In this document: positions 1 to 11,559 of the stretch, in pieces
How positions within the stretch are numbered: position 1 is the first letter of the stretch
Layout: every line of letters begins with the position of its first letter
Origin: Candidatus Sulfomarinibacteraceae bacterium
GTDB taxonomy: Bacteria; Acidobacteriota; Thermoanaerobaculia; Thermoanaerobaculales; Sulfomarinibacteraceae
Length of the DNA: 64,000 bases
NCBI GenBank assembly: GCA_963796455.1
Contig: CAWCLO010000003.1
Span: 1 to 64,000 of the forward strand
Direction of reading: 5' to 3'
The notes under the pieces: generated by a model
The model's input: only the letters and a program-made list of their open reading frames with translations
The model's database searches: none
What the model was told of the DNA's origin: nothing
Translations under genes and position numbers: made by a program

Positions 1-216
1 CTGCGGTTATCTGCTCTACTTCTTCGGACGGTAACAACCCACGGCTTGAGATGGACCTGCCCAGTTCTGGATCACGCCCTGGCCCTCGTTAGCGGGTCAC
101 CGGTCTCGATGCCGTTTGATACGACTGGGAGTCGTTCCGTGGTAGGTGAAGACTCGGACGGACGGCTGCAGTGCCGCAATCACGGTGTCGTTGCCGATCG
201 GTAGCGTGATGAGATG

Positions 217-416
217 GGTGCTTGGAGTCGGGAAACGCTACCGCCGATGGAGCGCCGGCGCCGGTGGCGAGGCCAGGCTGCCAATGGGGGGCACCCATCA
301 GAGGCCGTGGTGGTGCGGCACCACGTGCGGCACCAAGGAGTGCGGCCTCTCCAGGCCGTGGCGCTCCATCAGCGCCGCGTCGTCCATGATCTCGCGCGAT
401 GGCCCGTCCGCCACGA
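217..416 (-). repeat. Duplicated copy of the 3' end of nikO/cbiO and its downstream flank (paralogous to 7233-7433)
   Basis: Near-identical to 7233-7433; encodes VADGPSREIMDDAALMERHGLERPHSLVPHVVPHHHGL* versus ...HHHDL* in the intact gene; no ABC ATPase sequence upstream. Confidence 0.9.
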
Positions 417-450
417 CCATCCACGCTTCTCGAAATAGAACGGCATCAAG

Positions 451-484
451 AAAAAACACCCAAAGACGCCCTGGTATCTTTGGG
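451..484 (-). terminator. Probable intrinsic terminator of the 563-1030 gene
   Basis: Minus strand reads CCCAAAGATACC-AGG-GCGTCTTTGGG followed by a T-rich run. Confidence 0.55.
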
Positions 485-562
485 TTTGTGTATCCGTCCC
501 CACCCGTGTGGCCAAGGGCCTCCAATCTGAGCCGATGTGGCCGGCTGTTGGCTGGCTTGGTT

Positions 563-1030
563 CTACTCGGGTTTGGCTAGCGGGACATCCAGGGCGATCT
601 TCGACATGAGAACCAGCCGCATCCGGTTTTCGATTTGCAGGAAACGCAGCACCTTGGCCGCCGGAAGGACCTCGAGGCAAGACTTCTCGAAGTCCCGCAG
701 GGTCAGCCATTCGTCCCGTTCGATCTCGGCCATTGTCACCAGCACCAGCTCGGCTTCGTCGTCAGTCAGCTTGCCCTCTTTGTCGGCGTATGCCTTGATG
801 AGGTTGATCTGGCGATCGAACACCGGATGCATCGCCGCCTTGTACTCCTCAAAAACAGGCTCAAAGGCCTTCCACTGCTCGGCGCTGAGATTCATGGCTT
901 CTTTGACCAAAGCATCGTAGTCTTCGGTCAGCACCTCGTACGCCAGCCACGTGTTGTCCGAAATCTGAGCGTAAAGAGGCGCGACACTCGCAACACCTAA
1001 AACGACACACAGCGCGATGAGTCTTTTCAT
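563..1030 (-). CDS. Secreted alpha-helical hypothetical protein (Spy/CpxP-like character)
   Basis: AAGGAG RBS before ATG 1030; signal peptide MKRLIALCVVLGVASVAPLYA; helical body ending VLRFLQIENR...VPL. Confidence 0.75.
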   Translation of the reverse strand: MKRLIALCVVLGVASVAPLYAQISDNTWLAYEVLTEDYDALVKEAMNLSAEQWKAFEPVFEEYKAAMHPVFDRQINLIKAYADKEGKLTDDEAELVLVTMAEIERDEWLTLRDFEKSCLEVLPAAKVLRFLQIENRMRLVLMSKIALDVPLAKPE

Positions 1031-1249
1031 GACAGTCTCCTTTTGTTCATTCCGGTGGACAGGTCTCCGAACCGAGTCCGACGACCTTCTCAAACAACCA
1101 CATCGCGACCATCGGTCATTCCCCGGGAAACCGAGACGTGCCACGACCCCGGCGAGGTGCGCCCATATTTTATCTTAGACCCGACCTGTTCGCAGCGAAG
1201 CCGTAATTCAGGCCGCCAGAACATCTGAAATGCGAGCCGTGTCCTCGCG

Positions 1250-1561
1250 AGACGGGTTCCCTACTACTTCCCGACAACTCCGCCGGTATGATGAGCGTTA
1301 TTGGATTCAATGAGCAGCCCGAGCTGTGCCCGTGCCGAGGAGGATCGCCGGGTGATCGGCCGGTACCCCGAGCACGAATCCGGCATCCCCCTGAGCGGGT
1401 ATATCGAGGGCACCGATCTCCTCGACCGCCGCGCCGCCGTCGTCGAGTTTACAGTGGGAGACGTGAGGGTCGTGGTTATCGGCTTCCGTGCCCAACACCG
1501 CAGCCAGCCGCTGCGGACCTTCAAGTTGCTGTTCAACTCAATCTACGACGTCGGCGACTGA
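1250..1561 (+). pseudogene. C-terminal remnant of an M14-peptidase-associated glutamine-amidotransferase-like domain
   Basis: LSGYIEGTDLLDRRAAVVEFTVGDVRVVVIGFRAQHRSQPLRTFKLLFNSI resembles the C-terminus of large M14 peptidases; no intact N-terminal frame. Confidence 0.6.
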
Positions 1562-1583
1562 CGCGGCCTCGCCGAAAATCACC

Positions 1584-2060
1584 ATGCCCAACCGCTCAGC
1601 GGCGCGGTATCCTCTGACGGTGGAACCCGCTCTGGTAATCGGCTACGGCAACCCGCTGCGCAGCGACGACGGGGTGGGACCGGTTGTCGTCCGGGGGTTA
1701 GACCCTGCCGCGGGCGACGCGGCAACGGAGGCGATCCAGCTCCTGCCGGAGCACATCGAGGCCGTGGCGCGGGCCGGTCTGGTCGTTCTCGTCGATGCCG
1801 GGGTGGATCTCGAACCCGGCGACGTGCGTTGCCGGCCGGTGGAAGCCCCGTCGACCTCCGGAACGGCCGTCGACCTCCACGAGCTGTCTCCCGAATCCCT
1901 GGTCACAGCGGCGCGCGATCTCTACGGCCGCTGCCCGGCAGTCTGGGCAGTCACCGTCGGGGCGGCCGATCTGGGTTTCGGCGAAGGGCTGTCGCCGGTG
2001 GTCGAGGCGGCGATCGATCGGGCGCGCGCGGCCGTTGCGGCGCTGCTCGACAACCGCTGA
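1584..2060 (+). CDS. hoxW: Hydrogenase maturation endopeptidase (HoxW/HybD family); start may be GTG 1620
   Basis: LVIGYGNPLRSDDGVG, VVLVDA and HELSP motifs; convergent with hoxH. Confidence 0.9.
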   Translation: MPNRSAARYPLTVEPALVIGYGNPLRSDDGVGPVVVRGLDPAAGDAATEAIQLLPEHIEAVARAGLVVLVDAGVDLEPGDVRCRPVEAPSTSGTAVDLHELSPESLVTAARDLYGRCPAVWAVTVGAADLGFGEGLSPVVEAAIDRARAAVAALLDNR

Positions 2061-2081
2061 CCCTCGACTCCGAGGCGCCGC

Positions 2082-3509
2082 TCAGGGATCCCGCACCAGG
2101 CGGTCGATCTCGACTCCCGAGGAATCCACGAGGCACACCTCCAACGGCATCCGGCCGACCGCGTGGGTCGAGCACGACAGGCACGGATCGTAAGCCCGGA
2201 TGACCGCTTCGATGCGGTTCAGGATGCCGTCGTCGAATTGCCCGTCACGGATGTATCTCTTGGCCACCTGGAGCACGCCGCGGTTCATGGCCAGGTTGTT
2301 GTGGCCGGTTGCGATGATCAGGTTGGCGTCCTCGATGAGGCCGTGTCGGTCGACGCGGTAGTGGTGAATGAGGAGGCCACGCGGCGCCTCGGAAATACCG
2401 ACACCTTCCGACGAGTTGGCGTCGGCGTGGGCGCGAACGTGGGGATCGAGGATCGTCGGCTCGGCCAGCAGCCTGTCCATCCGTTCGAGGCAGAAGAGGA
2501 TCTCGATGAGCCGTGCATAGTGGTAGTGAAACGACGAGTGGACCGTGCCGTGCCCGAGCTCGCGGAACTCGCTCAGCTCCTGGTTCGCCCCGGGTGTGAT
2601 GCAGGTGTCGACAAGGTTGAGGCGGGCCAGAGGACCGACCCGGTACATGCCGTCCGGGTACCCGATGGAAAGCAGGTGGGGGAACTTGAGGTACGTCCAC
2701 GGCTCGGTCGTCTCACCGATCACCTCGGCGTAGCGAGCCGGGTCGATATCGTCGACGATCCTCGCCCCGGTGGCGTCCTCGACCCGCAACCGGCCGTCGT
2801 AGTGCTCGAGGCCGCCGTCCTCGTCCACGAGTCCCAAGAAATAGGACGGGAAGTTTCCGAACGACCGGATCTCGTCGGCGAAATCGTCGAACAGATTCTT
2901 GAACCAGTCGAGGGTGCGCTGGACGACGCGGATCTGTGGCGGAATCCGTTCGGCGATGGTGTCCCTCTGCTCGCGGCTGAGGGGCGATGCGACGCCGCCT
3001 GGTACGATCCAGGCAGGGTGGATGCGCCGGCCGCCGAGCAGCTCGATCACCTCCTGGCCGAAGGCGCGCAGGGCGATGCCTTCCCGCACGATCCCCGGGT
3101 GCTGCCGGGCCAGGGCGAAGATGTTCCGGTTCTCCGGATCGGCGTCCATGCCGAGCAGCAGATCCGGCGAGGACAGGTAAAAAAAGCTCAGGGCATGGCT
3201 CTGGATGATCTGGGCGAGGTTCATGACCCGGCGGAGGTTTTCCGCGGTGCGCGGGATCGTCACGGCCATGACGGAATCGCAGGCCTTGGCCGAGGCGACC
3301 AGGTGGCTCACCGGGCAGATCCCGCAGATGCGCGCCATCAGCGACGGCATCTCGGAGAACGGCCGGCCCTGGCAGAATCTCTCGAATCCCCGCAGCTGCG
3401 TCACGTGAAAGCGGGCGTCGGCGACAAAACCCTGCTCATCGAGCTCGATGGTGATCTTGCCGTGGCCCTCGACGCGGGTCACCGGGTTGATGACGATGGT
3501 CTGCGTCAT
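2082..3509 (-). CDS. hoxH: Bidirectional [NiFe] hydrogenase large subunit (group 3d)
   Basis: TRVEGHG, RICGIC (L1), DPCLSCSTH (L2) followed by a cleavable C-terminal extension. Confidence 0.97.
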   Translation of the reverse strand: MTQTIVINPVTRVEGHGKITIELDEQGFVADARFHVTQLRGFERFCQGRPFSEMPSLMARICGICPVSHLVASAKACDSVMAVTIPRTAENLRRVMNLAQIIQSHALSFFYLSSPDLLLGMDADPENRNIFALARQHPGIVREGIALRAFGQEVIELLGGRRIHPAWIVPGGVASPLSREQRDTIAERIPPQIRVVQRTLDWFKNLFDDFADEIRSFGNFPSYFLGLVDEDGGLEHYDGRLRVEDATGARIVDDIDPARYAEVIGETTEPWTYLKFPHLLSIGYPDGMYRVGPLARLNLVDTCITPGANQELSEFRELGHGTVHSSFHYHYARLIEILFCLERMDRLLAEPTILDPHVRAHADANSSEGVGISEAPRGLLIHHYRVDRHGLIEDANLIIATGHNNLAMNRGVLQVAKRYIRDGQFDDGILNRIEAVIRAYDPCLSCSTHAVGRMPLEVCLVDSSGVEIDRLVRDP

Positions 3510-3570
3510 GGCGCATTCCCTCCCTGATCCGGGCCGGTGAAAGCTCGTGCAGGTCGGTGCGACATCCGAC

Positions 3571-4104
3571 TCACCCGAACCGGGTTTCGGCGGTAACGTC
3601 CGGAATCCGTCCTTCCACCAGCTCGCCAAGCGCCTGCCAGATGAGATCGGCCGACGGCGGGCACCCGGGGATGACCAGATCAACGGCGACCCTCTCGTGC
3701 ACAGGCGTCGCCCGCTCCAGCAGCACCGGCAACTCACGGCAGGGCCGGCCGGGGTTGCCGACGACGTGCTCGTCGTAGGCGCGCTGCAGGACCGCGTCGA
3801 TCCCGAACGGATTGCGCAGCGCCGAGACATTGCCGGTGACGGCGCAGTCTCCCAGCGAGACAAGGGTCTTCGTCCGGCTGCGAATCAGGCGAATCTTGTC
3901 CAGGTCCTCGTCAGTGGCCACCGCGCCCTCGACCAACACCAGGTCGACGGCCTCGGGAAAGCCCTTGACATCGACCAGCGGGCTGTAAACCAGATCGACC
4001 TTCTCTGCCAGTTCGAGAAGGCGCTCGTCCAGGTCGAGGAAGCTCATGTGGCAGCCGGAGCAGCCGTCGAGCCAGACCGTCGCCATCGTGGCCTTGGCGG
4101 TCAT
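3571..4104 (-). CDS. hoxY: Hydrogenase small subunit
   Basis: [18 protein letters not shown] and IPGCPP motifs; ATGA overlap with hoxU. Confidence 0.95.
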   Translation of the reverse strand: MTAKATMATVWLDGCSGCHMSFLDLDERLLELAEKVDLVYSPLVDVKGFPEAVDLVLVEGAVATDEDLDKIRLIRSRTKTLVSLGDCAVTGNVSALRNPFGIDAVLQRAYDEHVVGNPGRPCRELPVLLERATPVHERVAVDLVIPGCPPSADLIWQALGELVEGRIPDVTAETRFG

Positions 4105-4814
4105 CGGTGCGCCTCCCGCATCGCTCGGAGATAAGGCAGGAAACGGCTCTGCTTGCGCATTTCGGCGACGGCGTGGCCCTTCTCGGTCAGTGCGCCGGTG
4201 GGACAGACCTGGACGCACTTGCCGCAGCTCGTGCAGGTCTCGGAGGCGCCCCACTTTCCATCGAGATCCGCGATCACGCGGACGTTGACGCCTCGGCTCG
4301 CGACATCCCAGGTGTGGGCGCCCTCAACCTCGTCGCACACCCGCACGCACCGGCTGCACATGATGCATCGGTTGGGGTCGTTGACGAAGCGCGGGTGACT
4401 GGCGTCGATCTCGAAACGGGGATAGCGATACGGCACGTGCACCTGGTCCATGCCGAGCCGCGCGGCCAGGTCCTGCAGCTCGCAGAAACTGTTCGTGACG
4501 CACACGGCGCAGGTGTGGCTGCGTTCGGAAAAGACCAGCTCCAGGACCATCCGCCGGTAGCGGCGAAGCCTCTCGGTATCGGTGCGGACATCCATGCCTT
4601 CTTCCACCCGGGTCACGCACGCCGGCAACAGCCGCGGATTCGATCCGATCTCCACCAGGCACATCCGGCAGGCGCCGACGGCAGAAAGACCCTCCAGAAA
4701 GCACAGGGTGGGAATGTCGATGCCGTTTTCGCGCGCAACCTCGAGCAGCGTCTCGTCGTCGCGGGCGCCGATGTCGCGTCCGTCGATCTTCAGGGTGACG
4801 ATGCGCGGCGCCAT
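4101..4814 (-). CDS. hoxU: Diaphorase Fe-S subunit
   Basis: [31 protein letters not shown] and [12 protein letters not shown] motifs. Confidence 0.95.
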   Translation of the reverse strand: MAPRIVTLKIDGRDIGARDDETLLEVARENGIDIPTLCFLEGLSAVGACRMCLVEIGSNPRLLPACVTRVEEGMDVRTDTERLRRYRRMVLELVFSERSHTCAVCVTNSFCELQDLAARLGMDQVHVPYRYPRFEIDASHPRFVNDPNRCIMCSRCVRVCDEVEGAHTWDVASRGVNVRVIADLDGKWGASETCTSCGKCVQVCPTGALTEKGHAVAEMRKQSRFLPYLRAMREAHR

Positions 4815-4815
4815 C

Positions 4816-6416
<1,601 letters not shown>

Positions 6417-6430
<14 letters not shown>

Positions 6431-6923
6431 GGCTCATCACCTCTCGGATCCGACTGACGGTGGTCTCGGGGTTCAAAGATCCGAACATCGCGTCGTCGAT
6501 CACCGCGACGGGCGCCTGGCCGCAAGCGCCCAGGCAGCGCGCGCTGCGCAGGGACAGGGACTTGTCGTCGGCCGTCTGCTCGAGATCGAGCCCGAACTCG
6601 GTTCGCAGGGCATCGACGATGCCCGGAACCCCTTTGATATAGCAGGCGGTCCCCGTGCACAGGATGCACGTGTGGTCCCCCGGAGGTTCGAGGGAGAAGT
6701 AATTATAGAAGGTCGCCGCGCCGTAGATCCGGCTCAACGGCACGCGGAGGCTCGAGGCGACAAAGTGGAGCGACTCCGGGTCGAGGTGTCCGAAGGTCTC
6801 CTGGACGGTGTGCAGGGTCTCGATCAACGCGTCCGGACGGTGACCGTGGCGCCGCATGGTGGCGGTCACTATCTTCCATCTCTTGTCGTCGGACGGTGGT
6901 TTCGGCGGAGCGAGGTGGTGCAT
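6417..6923 (-). CDS. hoxE: NuoE-like 2Fe-2S subunit
   Basis: CTGTACYIKG and RCLGACGQAP motifs; GAGGAG RBS before ATG 6923. Confidence 0.95.
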
Positions 6924-6968
6924 CGAACGCCTCCTCATCCAGCCAGCCGCGGGGCCAGCCCTGTGAAG

Positions 6969-6997
6969 ACAGTAGATGCTGGGGGTAGCGTCGTCAA
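6969..6997 (-). promoter_or_regulatory. Sigma70-type promoter of the hox operon
   Basis: Minus strand TTGACG-17 nt-TACTGT about 45 bp upstream of hoxE. Confidence 0.6.
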
Positions 6998-7314
6998 GAA
7001 AAACCCCGGGCATCCGGGCGTGTTGCCGTTGGTCGACCTCTCAGTCCGTCGCAGTCTCGTCGTCACCGTTCCCGTCGTCCGTTCGCCTGAAGTGCAGCGG
7101 GATCTAATCCGCCACCCACTGGTCGAGGATGAAGGCGATGATGACCTTCATCTCCGAATCGCACGAGGATGGTCGGCGCTGCGGTAATGGGCATTCACGG
7201 CGCCCTGCGGGCGACTGCAGCGCGATGGAATAGGTGCTTGGAGCCGGGAAACGCTACCGCCGGGGGTGCGTCGGCGCCGGTGCGCCGGCCAGGCTGGCCA
7301 ATGGGTGGTACCCA

Positions 7315-8091
7315 TCAGAGGTCGTGGTGGTGTGGCACCACGTGCGGCACCAAGGAGTGCGGCCTCTCCAGGCCGTGGCGCTCCATCAGCGCCGCGTCGT
7401 CCATGATCTCGCGCGATGGCCCGTCCGCCACGATCCGACCGCCGTCGACGACGATGGTGCGAGGGCAGATCTCGAGCACCAGCTCAAGGTCGTGGGAGGC
7501 GATCAGCGAGGTCGCCGGCGACGCGAGCAGGAACTTGATCAGGCGCCGGCGGGAACGGATGTCGAGGCTCGCCGACGGCTCGTCGTAGATCATCAGCCGT
7601 GGCTGCAGCGCCAGGACCGTGGCGATGGAGCACATCCGCTTCTCGCCCCCCGAGAGGTGGTGTGGTACCCGGTCCGCGAGCTCGGTAACACCGGTCTCGG
7701 CCATCGCCGCGGCGACCCGCGCGCTGACCATGTCCGGGGCAAGCGAGAGGTTCCGCGGGCCGAAGGCCACGTCCTCCTCGACGGTCGGGCAGAACAGCTG
7801 ATGGTCCGGGTTTTGGAAGACGAGGCCGACGTCCTCCCGGAATGTGCCCGGAAGGACGGCTTCACCTTCGATCCAGATGGAACCGGTCGCCGGGGTCACG
7901 ACGCCGCTCAGCGCCAGGAACAGGGTCGTCTTTCCGGCGCCGTTGGGGCCCACGACCCCCACCCGCTCGCCCTCGGCCACGTCGAAGCTCACGCCCCGGA
8001 GCACCTGGACGCGCTCGGTGTACGAGACTTCGAGGTCGCGCACATCGAGGTGCGTCCGCGCCCCGGATCCGGAATCGGACAGTTGCGTCAC
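7315..8091 (-). CDS. cbiO: ECF transporter ATPase (NikO/CbiO) with His-rich tail
   Basis: GPNGAGKTT, VFQNPD, LSGGEK and YDEP motifs; GTGA overlap with the T component. Confidence 0.93.
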   Translation of the reverse strand: MTQLSDSGSGARTHLDVRDLEVSYTERVQVLRGVSFDVAEGERVGVVGPNGAGKTTLFLALSGVVTPATGSIWIEGEAVLPGTFREDVGLVFQNPDHQLFCPTVEEDVAFGPRNLSLAPDMVSARVAAAMAETGVTELADRVPHHLSGGEKRMCSIATVLALQPRLMIYDEPSASLDIRSRRRLIKFLLASPATSLIASHDLELVLEICPRTIVVDGGRIVADGPSREIMDDAALMERHGLERPHSLVPHVVPHHHDL

Positions 8092-8876
8092 CCTGCCACC
8101 CCCAACTGCCACTCGGCCACCACCAGCCCGACCGCGATCGCCACCGCCAGGACCACAAAGGCGGCACTCGCCGGGCCCACCGGCCTTGGAGGTCCGAGCG
8201 GCGCATCCCCGGAGTAGCCGCGCAGCAGCATGGCCTGATGCACCTGCTCGGCCCGGGCGTTGGAGAGGACGAACAGGCTGCCCACCATCCGCGCCAGCGT
8301 CCCGAGCCTTGACGGCGCACCGGGATGCCGGTTTTGCCAGCGCACGCCTCGCATCCCCGCGGCCGTCCGCATGGTCCTGAGGTCGACCCCGATCTGGTGG
8401 AAGGCGCGGAACGAGAACACGATCATGTCGGCGATCAGCGACGGAAGCCCGAGCCGGCGCATCGCCACCACGGTGGTCGGCAGCGGCGCGGTGCCGAACA
8501 GCACCAATGCCACCGCGCCGATGGCCGCCAGCTTGGCGGCGATCACGCCCACCTGACCCAAGCCGTCGGCGTGGATCGCCAGCGGGCCCAGCCGGACCAG
8601 AACCTCGCCGCCGGATGCCAGCACCAGCACCACCCCCAGCACGAGCACCAGCACCATGGGGGCTCGCAACCGCCGCACGATGAACTCCCACGGCAGATGG
8701 GAAGCGACCACGGCGGCCGCCGCGAGGCCGAGCATGGGCGCCAGGAGAACTGGGTTGTGGACCACCGCGAAGCTCGCGATGAGGGCGGCGAAGCCCAGCA
8801 GCCGGCTCCGGGGCTCCAGCCGGTGGACCGGGGAGTCCAGGCCGCTGTAACGATCGAGGTCGATCACCGGCGCCAT
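8088..8876 (-). CDS. cbiQ: ECF transporter T component (NikQ/CbiQ)
   Basis: SPVHRLEPR start, several TM segments, RAEQVHQAMLLRGY. Confidence 0.92.
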   Translation of the reverse strand: MAPVIDLDRYSGLDSPVHRLEPRSRLLGFAALIASFAVVHNPVLLAPMLGLAAAAVVASHLPWEFIVRRLRAPMVLVLVLGVVLVLASGGEVLVRLGPLAIHADGLGQVGVIAAKLAAIGAVALVLFGTAPLPTTVVAMRRLGLPSLIADMIVFSFRAFHQIGVDLRTMRTAAGMRGVRWQNRHPGAPSRLGTLARMVGSLFVLSNARAEQVHQAMLLRGYSGDAPLGPPRPVGPASAAFVVLAVAIAVGLVVAEWQLGVAG

Positions 8877-9511
8877 CCGTGGAGCAGGTCGGGCTGGACC
8901 TTGCGGAGAAACAGCACCACCATCGCCGTGAACACCCCTTCCACGGCCGCCAGCGGCAGGTGGGCGAGGGTCAGCGCGGTCACCCCCGTCGTGCGCAGCG
9001 ACGGGTCGAGCGCGGCCGGCACCGTGGCCACCAGCACGACGGCGAAGCCGAGCGCCGACAGCACGGTCGCCAGCGACCCGCCGGCGAATCCGAAGACTGC
9101 AGCCCACCGGCTGCTGCGGACCCAGAGCCTGGCGCCGAGCCCGAACAGCGCCCCTACGGCAAGGGCCGGAACCCCCATCAGGGTCGCGTTGACACCGAGC
9201 GTGGTCAGCCCCCCGTGCTGGAAGAGCACCGCCTGGAAGAAGAGGCCGACGAGGATCGCGAGAAACGCGAACGGTCCGAGGACCACGCCGAGCAGGCCGT
9301 TGAGCACCAGGTGCACACTGGCCGGCGGGATCGGCACGTGGATCCACGACGCCACGAAGAACACCGCGGTGAGGGTCGAGGCCTTCGGCACCACCTGGTG
9401 CGGATCGGCCTGACGGCGTACAACGGCGAGGGACAGCGCCGTCGCCGCTCCGGCCGCGAGGTAGCCGGCCGCACAGACGCTCCCCGGCAGGATCCCGTCG
9501 GGGATGTGCAT
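8864..9511 (-). CDS. cbiM: ECF S component, NikM-type
   Basis: N-terminal MHIPDG metal-binding motif; SVHL, QAVLFQHGG and AVEG motifs. Confidence 0.93.
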   Translation of the reverse strand: MHIPDGILPGSVCAAGYLAAGAATALSLAVVRRQADPHQVVPKASTLTAVFFVASWIHVPIPPASVHLVLNGLLGVVLGPFAFLAILVGLFFQAVLFQHGGLTTLGVNATLMGVPALAVGALFGLGARLWVRSSRWAAVFGFAGGSLATVLSALGFAVVLVATVPAALDPSLRTTGVTALTLAHLPLAAVEGVFTAMVVLFLRKVQPDLLHGWRR

Positions 9512-9998
9512 CAGTCCCGGCGCCGGCTGAAAAAGAGCGCGGTCCCGATCAGGCCCCAGACCACGCACGCCCCCATGACCACCCGCTGCAGCACCGATAG
9601 GTGGGCGGTCGACGAGGCCTCGGCCGTCACCACCGCGAGCCCGTCTCCTCCCCTACCCCGGCGATCTCCACCGACACCCGACCGCCGTGCCCGTGGTAGG
9701 CGACCTGGACATCCCAAGTGCCCGGACGATCCGCCGGCGGCGCGAACTCGAAGCGGCCCTCGGCGTCGGACTCGCCCACCAGCCACGGCTCGTCCGGCGC
9801 CCCGGGCGCCTTCACCGTCACCTGCGCACCGGCCATGGGACGTCCCGAGTGGTAGGTCGCCGCCACGATCACCCCGAGCTCGACCTCCACATGGCGGGTC
9901 ACCTTAACCGCCACGTCCGCGCCGTGCGCGAGCGCGATCCCCGGCACGAGCACCGCTGCTGCGGCCAAGATCACCGAGATCGTTCTCTTTCCAGTCAT
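9511..9998 (-). CDS. NikL-like accessory protein (signal peptide, beta domain, C-terminal TM), frameshifted near 9645
   Basis: ALAHG cleavage site, YHSGRPMAGAQVTV...GHGG in ORF 9627-10088; TM anchor VVWGLIGTALFFSRRRD in the adjacent frame, ending at the nikM start. Confidence 0.75.
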
Positions 9999-10100
9999 CG
10001 GCACCTCCCACGGACCCGTGCGATTGTAGCCAATGCCGAGCCGAAAGGCGCGCCTCCCGGCCCGCAGGGCTTGCCAAAAAGACGCCATTTAAAAGAAACC

Positions 10101-10276
10101 TGCCAGGTATCGCAATCTCACGATTCCGCTGCCTGAATCCCGCGACACCCAGGACCACTCCAAGCTCTCGGAGTTTCAGATCCCGCCGTCGATGAAGATC
10201 CTCACTTGAGCGGCGTCGGCTAGCGACCTCCAGCGGGACAAATCCAACGCACATCGGGAGATTACGATACCTGGCA
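10101..10276. repeat. 176-bp segment bounded by 24-bp inverted repeats (22/24 match)
   Basis: TGCCAGGTATCGCAATCTCACGAT (10101-10124) versus ATCGGGAGATTACGATACCTGGCA (10253-10276). Confidence 0.8.
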
Positions 10277-10280
10277 CGGC

Positions 10281-11544
10281 TCAGAACGAGGTGTCGAAAG
10301 ACCAGCTGGCCCAGACCATCACCTTTGTGACGTCGGTCAATCAGGTATCCGCCTTGTAGTGTGCGACCTTGAGATAGACCGACAGGGGGTCGACCGGAGT
10401 GTATCGGGCTTGGAAGTCGAGTTCTGTGCCCTGCCTGTCGCCTCCCCGTGCCGCCCGGAAGTCGTGGTAGTCGAGCAGCCATGACCAGCGGTGTCGATCC
10501 ATGGCCAGCCGAACGTAGTAGTCGTGGCTGCCGTCGGGTGGTGTGGCCACCATCCGATCGGCGAAGCCGTTCTTGCCGTGGTTGGTTCCAAGTGGAGACT
10601 GGACGGAGCTGATTCCGTCGCCGTCCCTCAGCTCCCACGCCGCTCGGAGCGACCAGGTTCCCTTTCGAACGCCGAAACCGAGGTGGGCGTAGTCGAGGCC
10701 GAAGCTCCTCGGATTGTCGCCGAAATCGTTCTGCCGGGCAAGCTCGGCGAAATAGAGATAGGTCGATCGGCTGCAGCGGGCTCTCACCGACGTAACGTAC
10801 GCCGTAGGTCGCGGACGACAGCGATGCACGGGTCGCATCGTCCCAGTCGAGAAGATATGCGTATCCAGAGATCGATCCCGGACCAAGGTCGCGCGAAAGG
10901 TTCAGCAGGTGTGCGTCAATCCCCGGGCTGGCGCCGGTGTTGTCGTGGACGCGACCGAGGTAGGCGTACCGGACGACGAGGGTGTTTGGTGCTCCGACTG
11001 CGACCGAGGCGCCCTCATAAGAGCGGTGATTCTGGCGCCATGGGGCGATTCCGATGAAGCGCTGGTTGTCCAGGGTATAGCCGAACCGCCCAGCCAGGAT
11101 CTCCAGCCCATATCCGCCACGGTAGGCGAGATAAACTCGATCGACCTCGACGATCTCGGGATCGGCGACCACCGGGCGGTCGGTGACCCCGTTCCAAAGG
11201 TCGTCGGCGCCGGCGTTGTTGTAAAGCTTGTCGTTACCGATGGCAGTCACCGTCTCGAAAGACACGCCGGCAAAGAACCCTCGGAGTGGTGCGGTTTCAT
11301 AGGACAGCGCCCCTCGGAGGGTCGAGGCGGTCGCGTCCTTCTCAATAAAACCACTGTCGACGAACTCGAGACGATAGCGCAGACCGATCTCGAGAACGCC
11401 CCGCTCGAGCGCTTGGCGCAGATTGGAAACCACCGGATCGGACGCCGGAACGTCTGATCCGGTTTCGGCCGCCGTGCCGGTGCTCGCGACGCCGAGCGCC
11501 GCGAGCACGAATGCCACATGAACCAGTGATGGCGAAAGCTTCAT
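10281..11544 (-). pseudogene. Alginate-export (AlgE-like) outer membrane porin, disrupted by a frameshift (~10760) and an in-frame TGA (10341-10343)
   Basis: Signal peptide; RYRLEFVD, VVADPE, LDNQRFIG..WRQN and LGTNHG motifs; reading through the TGA gives LTDVTKVMVWASWSFDTSF* with a terminal Phe. Confidence 0.8.
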
Positions 11545-11559
11545 CGAAGCGAGCTGGAT

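Noticed and set aside
1..34. 3' end of a plus-strand gene (CGYLLYFFGR*)
   Set aside because: Too short to support a call.
217..416. TR/VR pair with 7233-7433
   Set aside because: Differences are not adenine-restricted and include indels; it looks like ordinary duplication.
2163..3527. Long antisense ORFs (also 22876-24852, 27717-29081, 31405-32574, 38345-39616, 62333-63733)
   Set aside because: Shadow frames of well-supported genes in high-GC DNA.
10072..10087. Sigma54 promoter for the nik operon (TGGCGTCTTTTTGGCA, minus strand)
   Set aside because: Only GG-N10-GC fits; a sigma70-like TACAAT nearer the start is equally plausible.
9999..10280. Cobalamin or NiCo riboswitch upstream of cbiM/nikM
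   Set aside because: No B12-box or recognisable aptamer core found by eye; an Infernal/Rfam scan would be decisive.
10341..10343. Selenocysteine codon in the porin
   Set aside because: The position is a barrel strand/turn with no Cys role, the gene is also frameshifted, and no convincing SECIS was identified.
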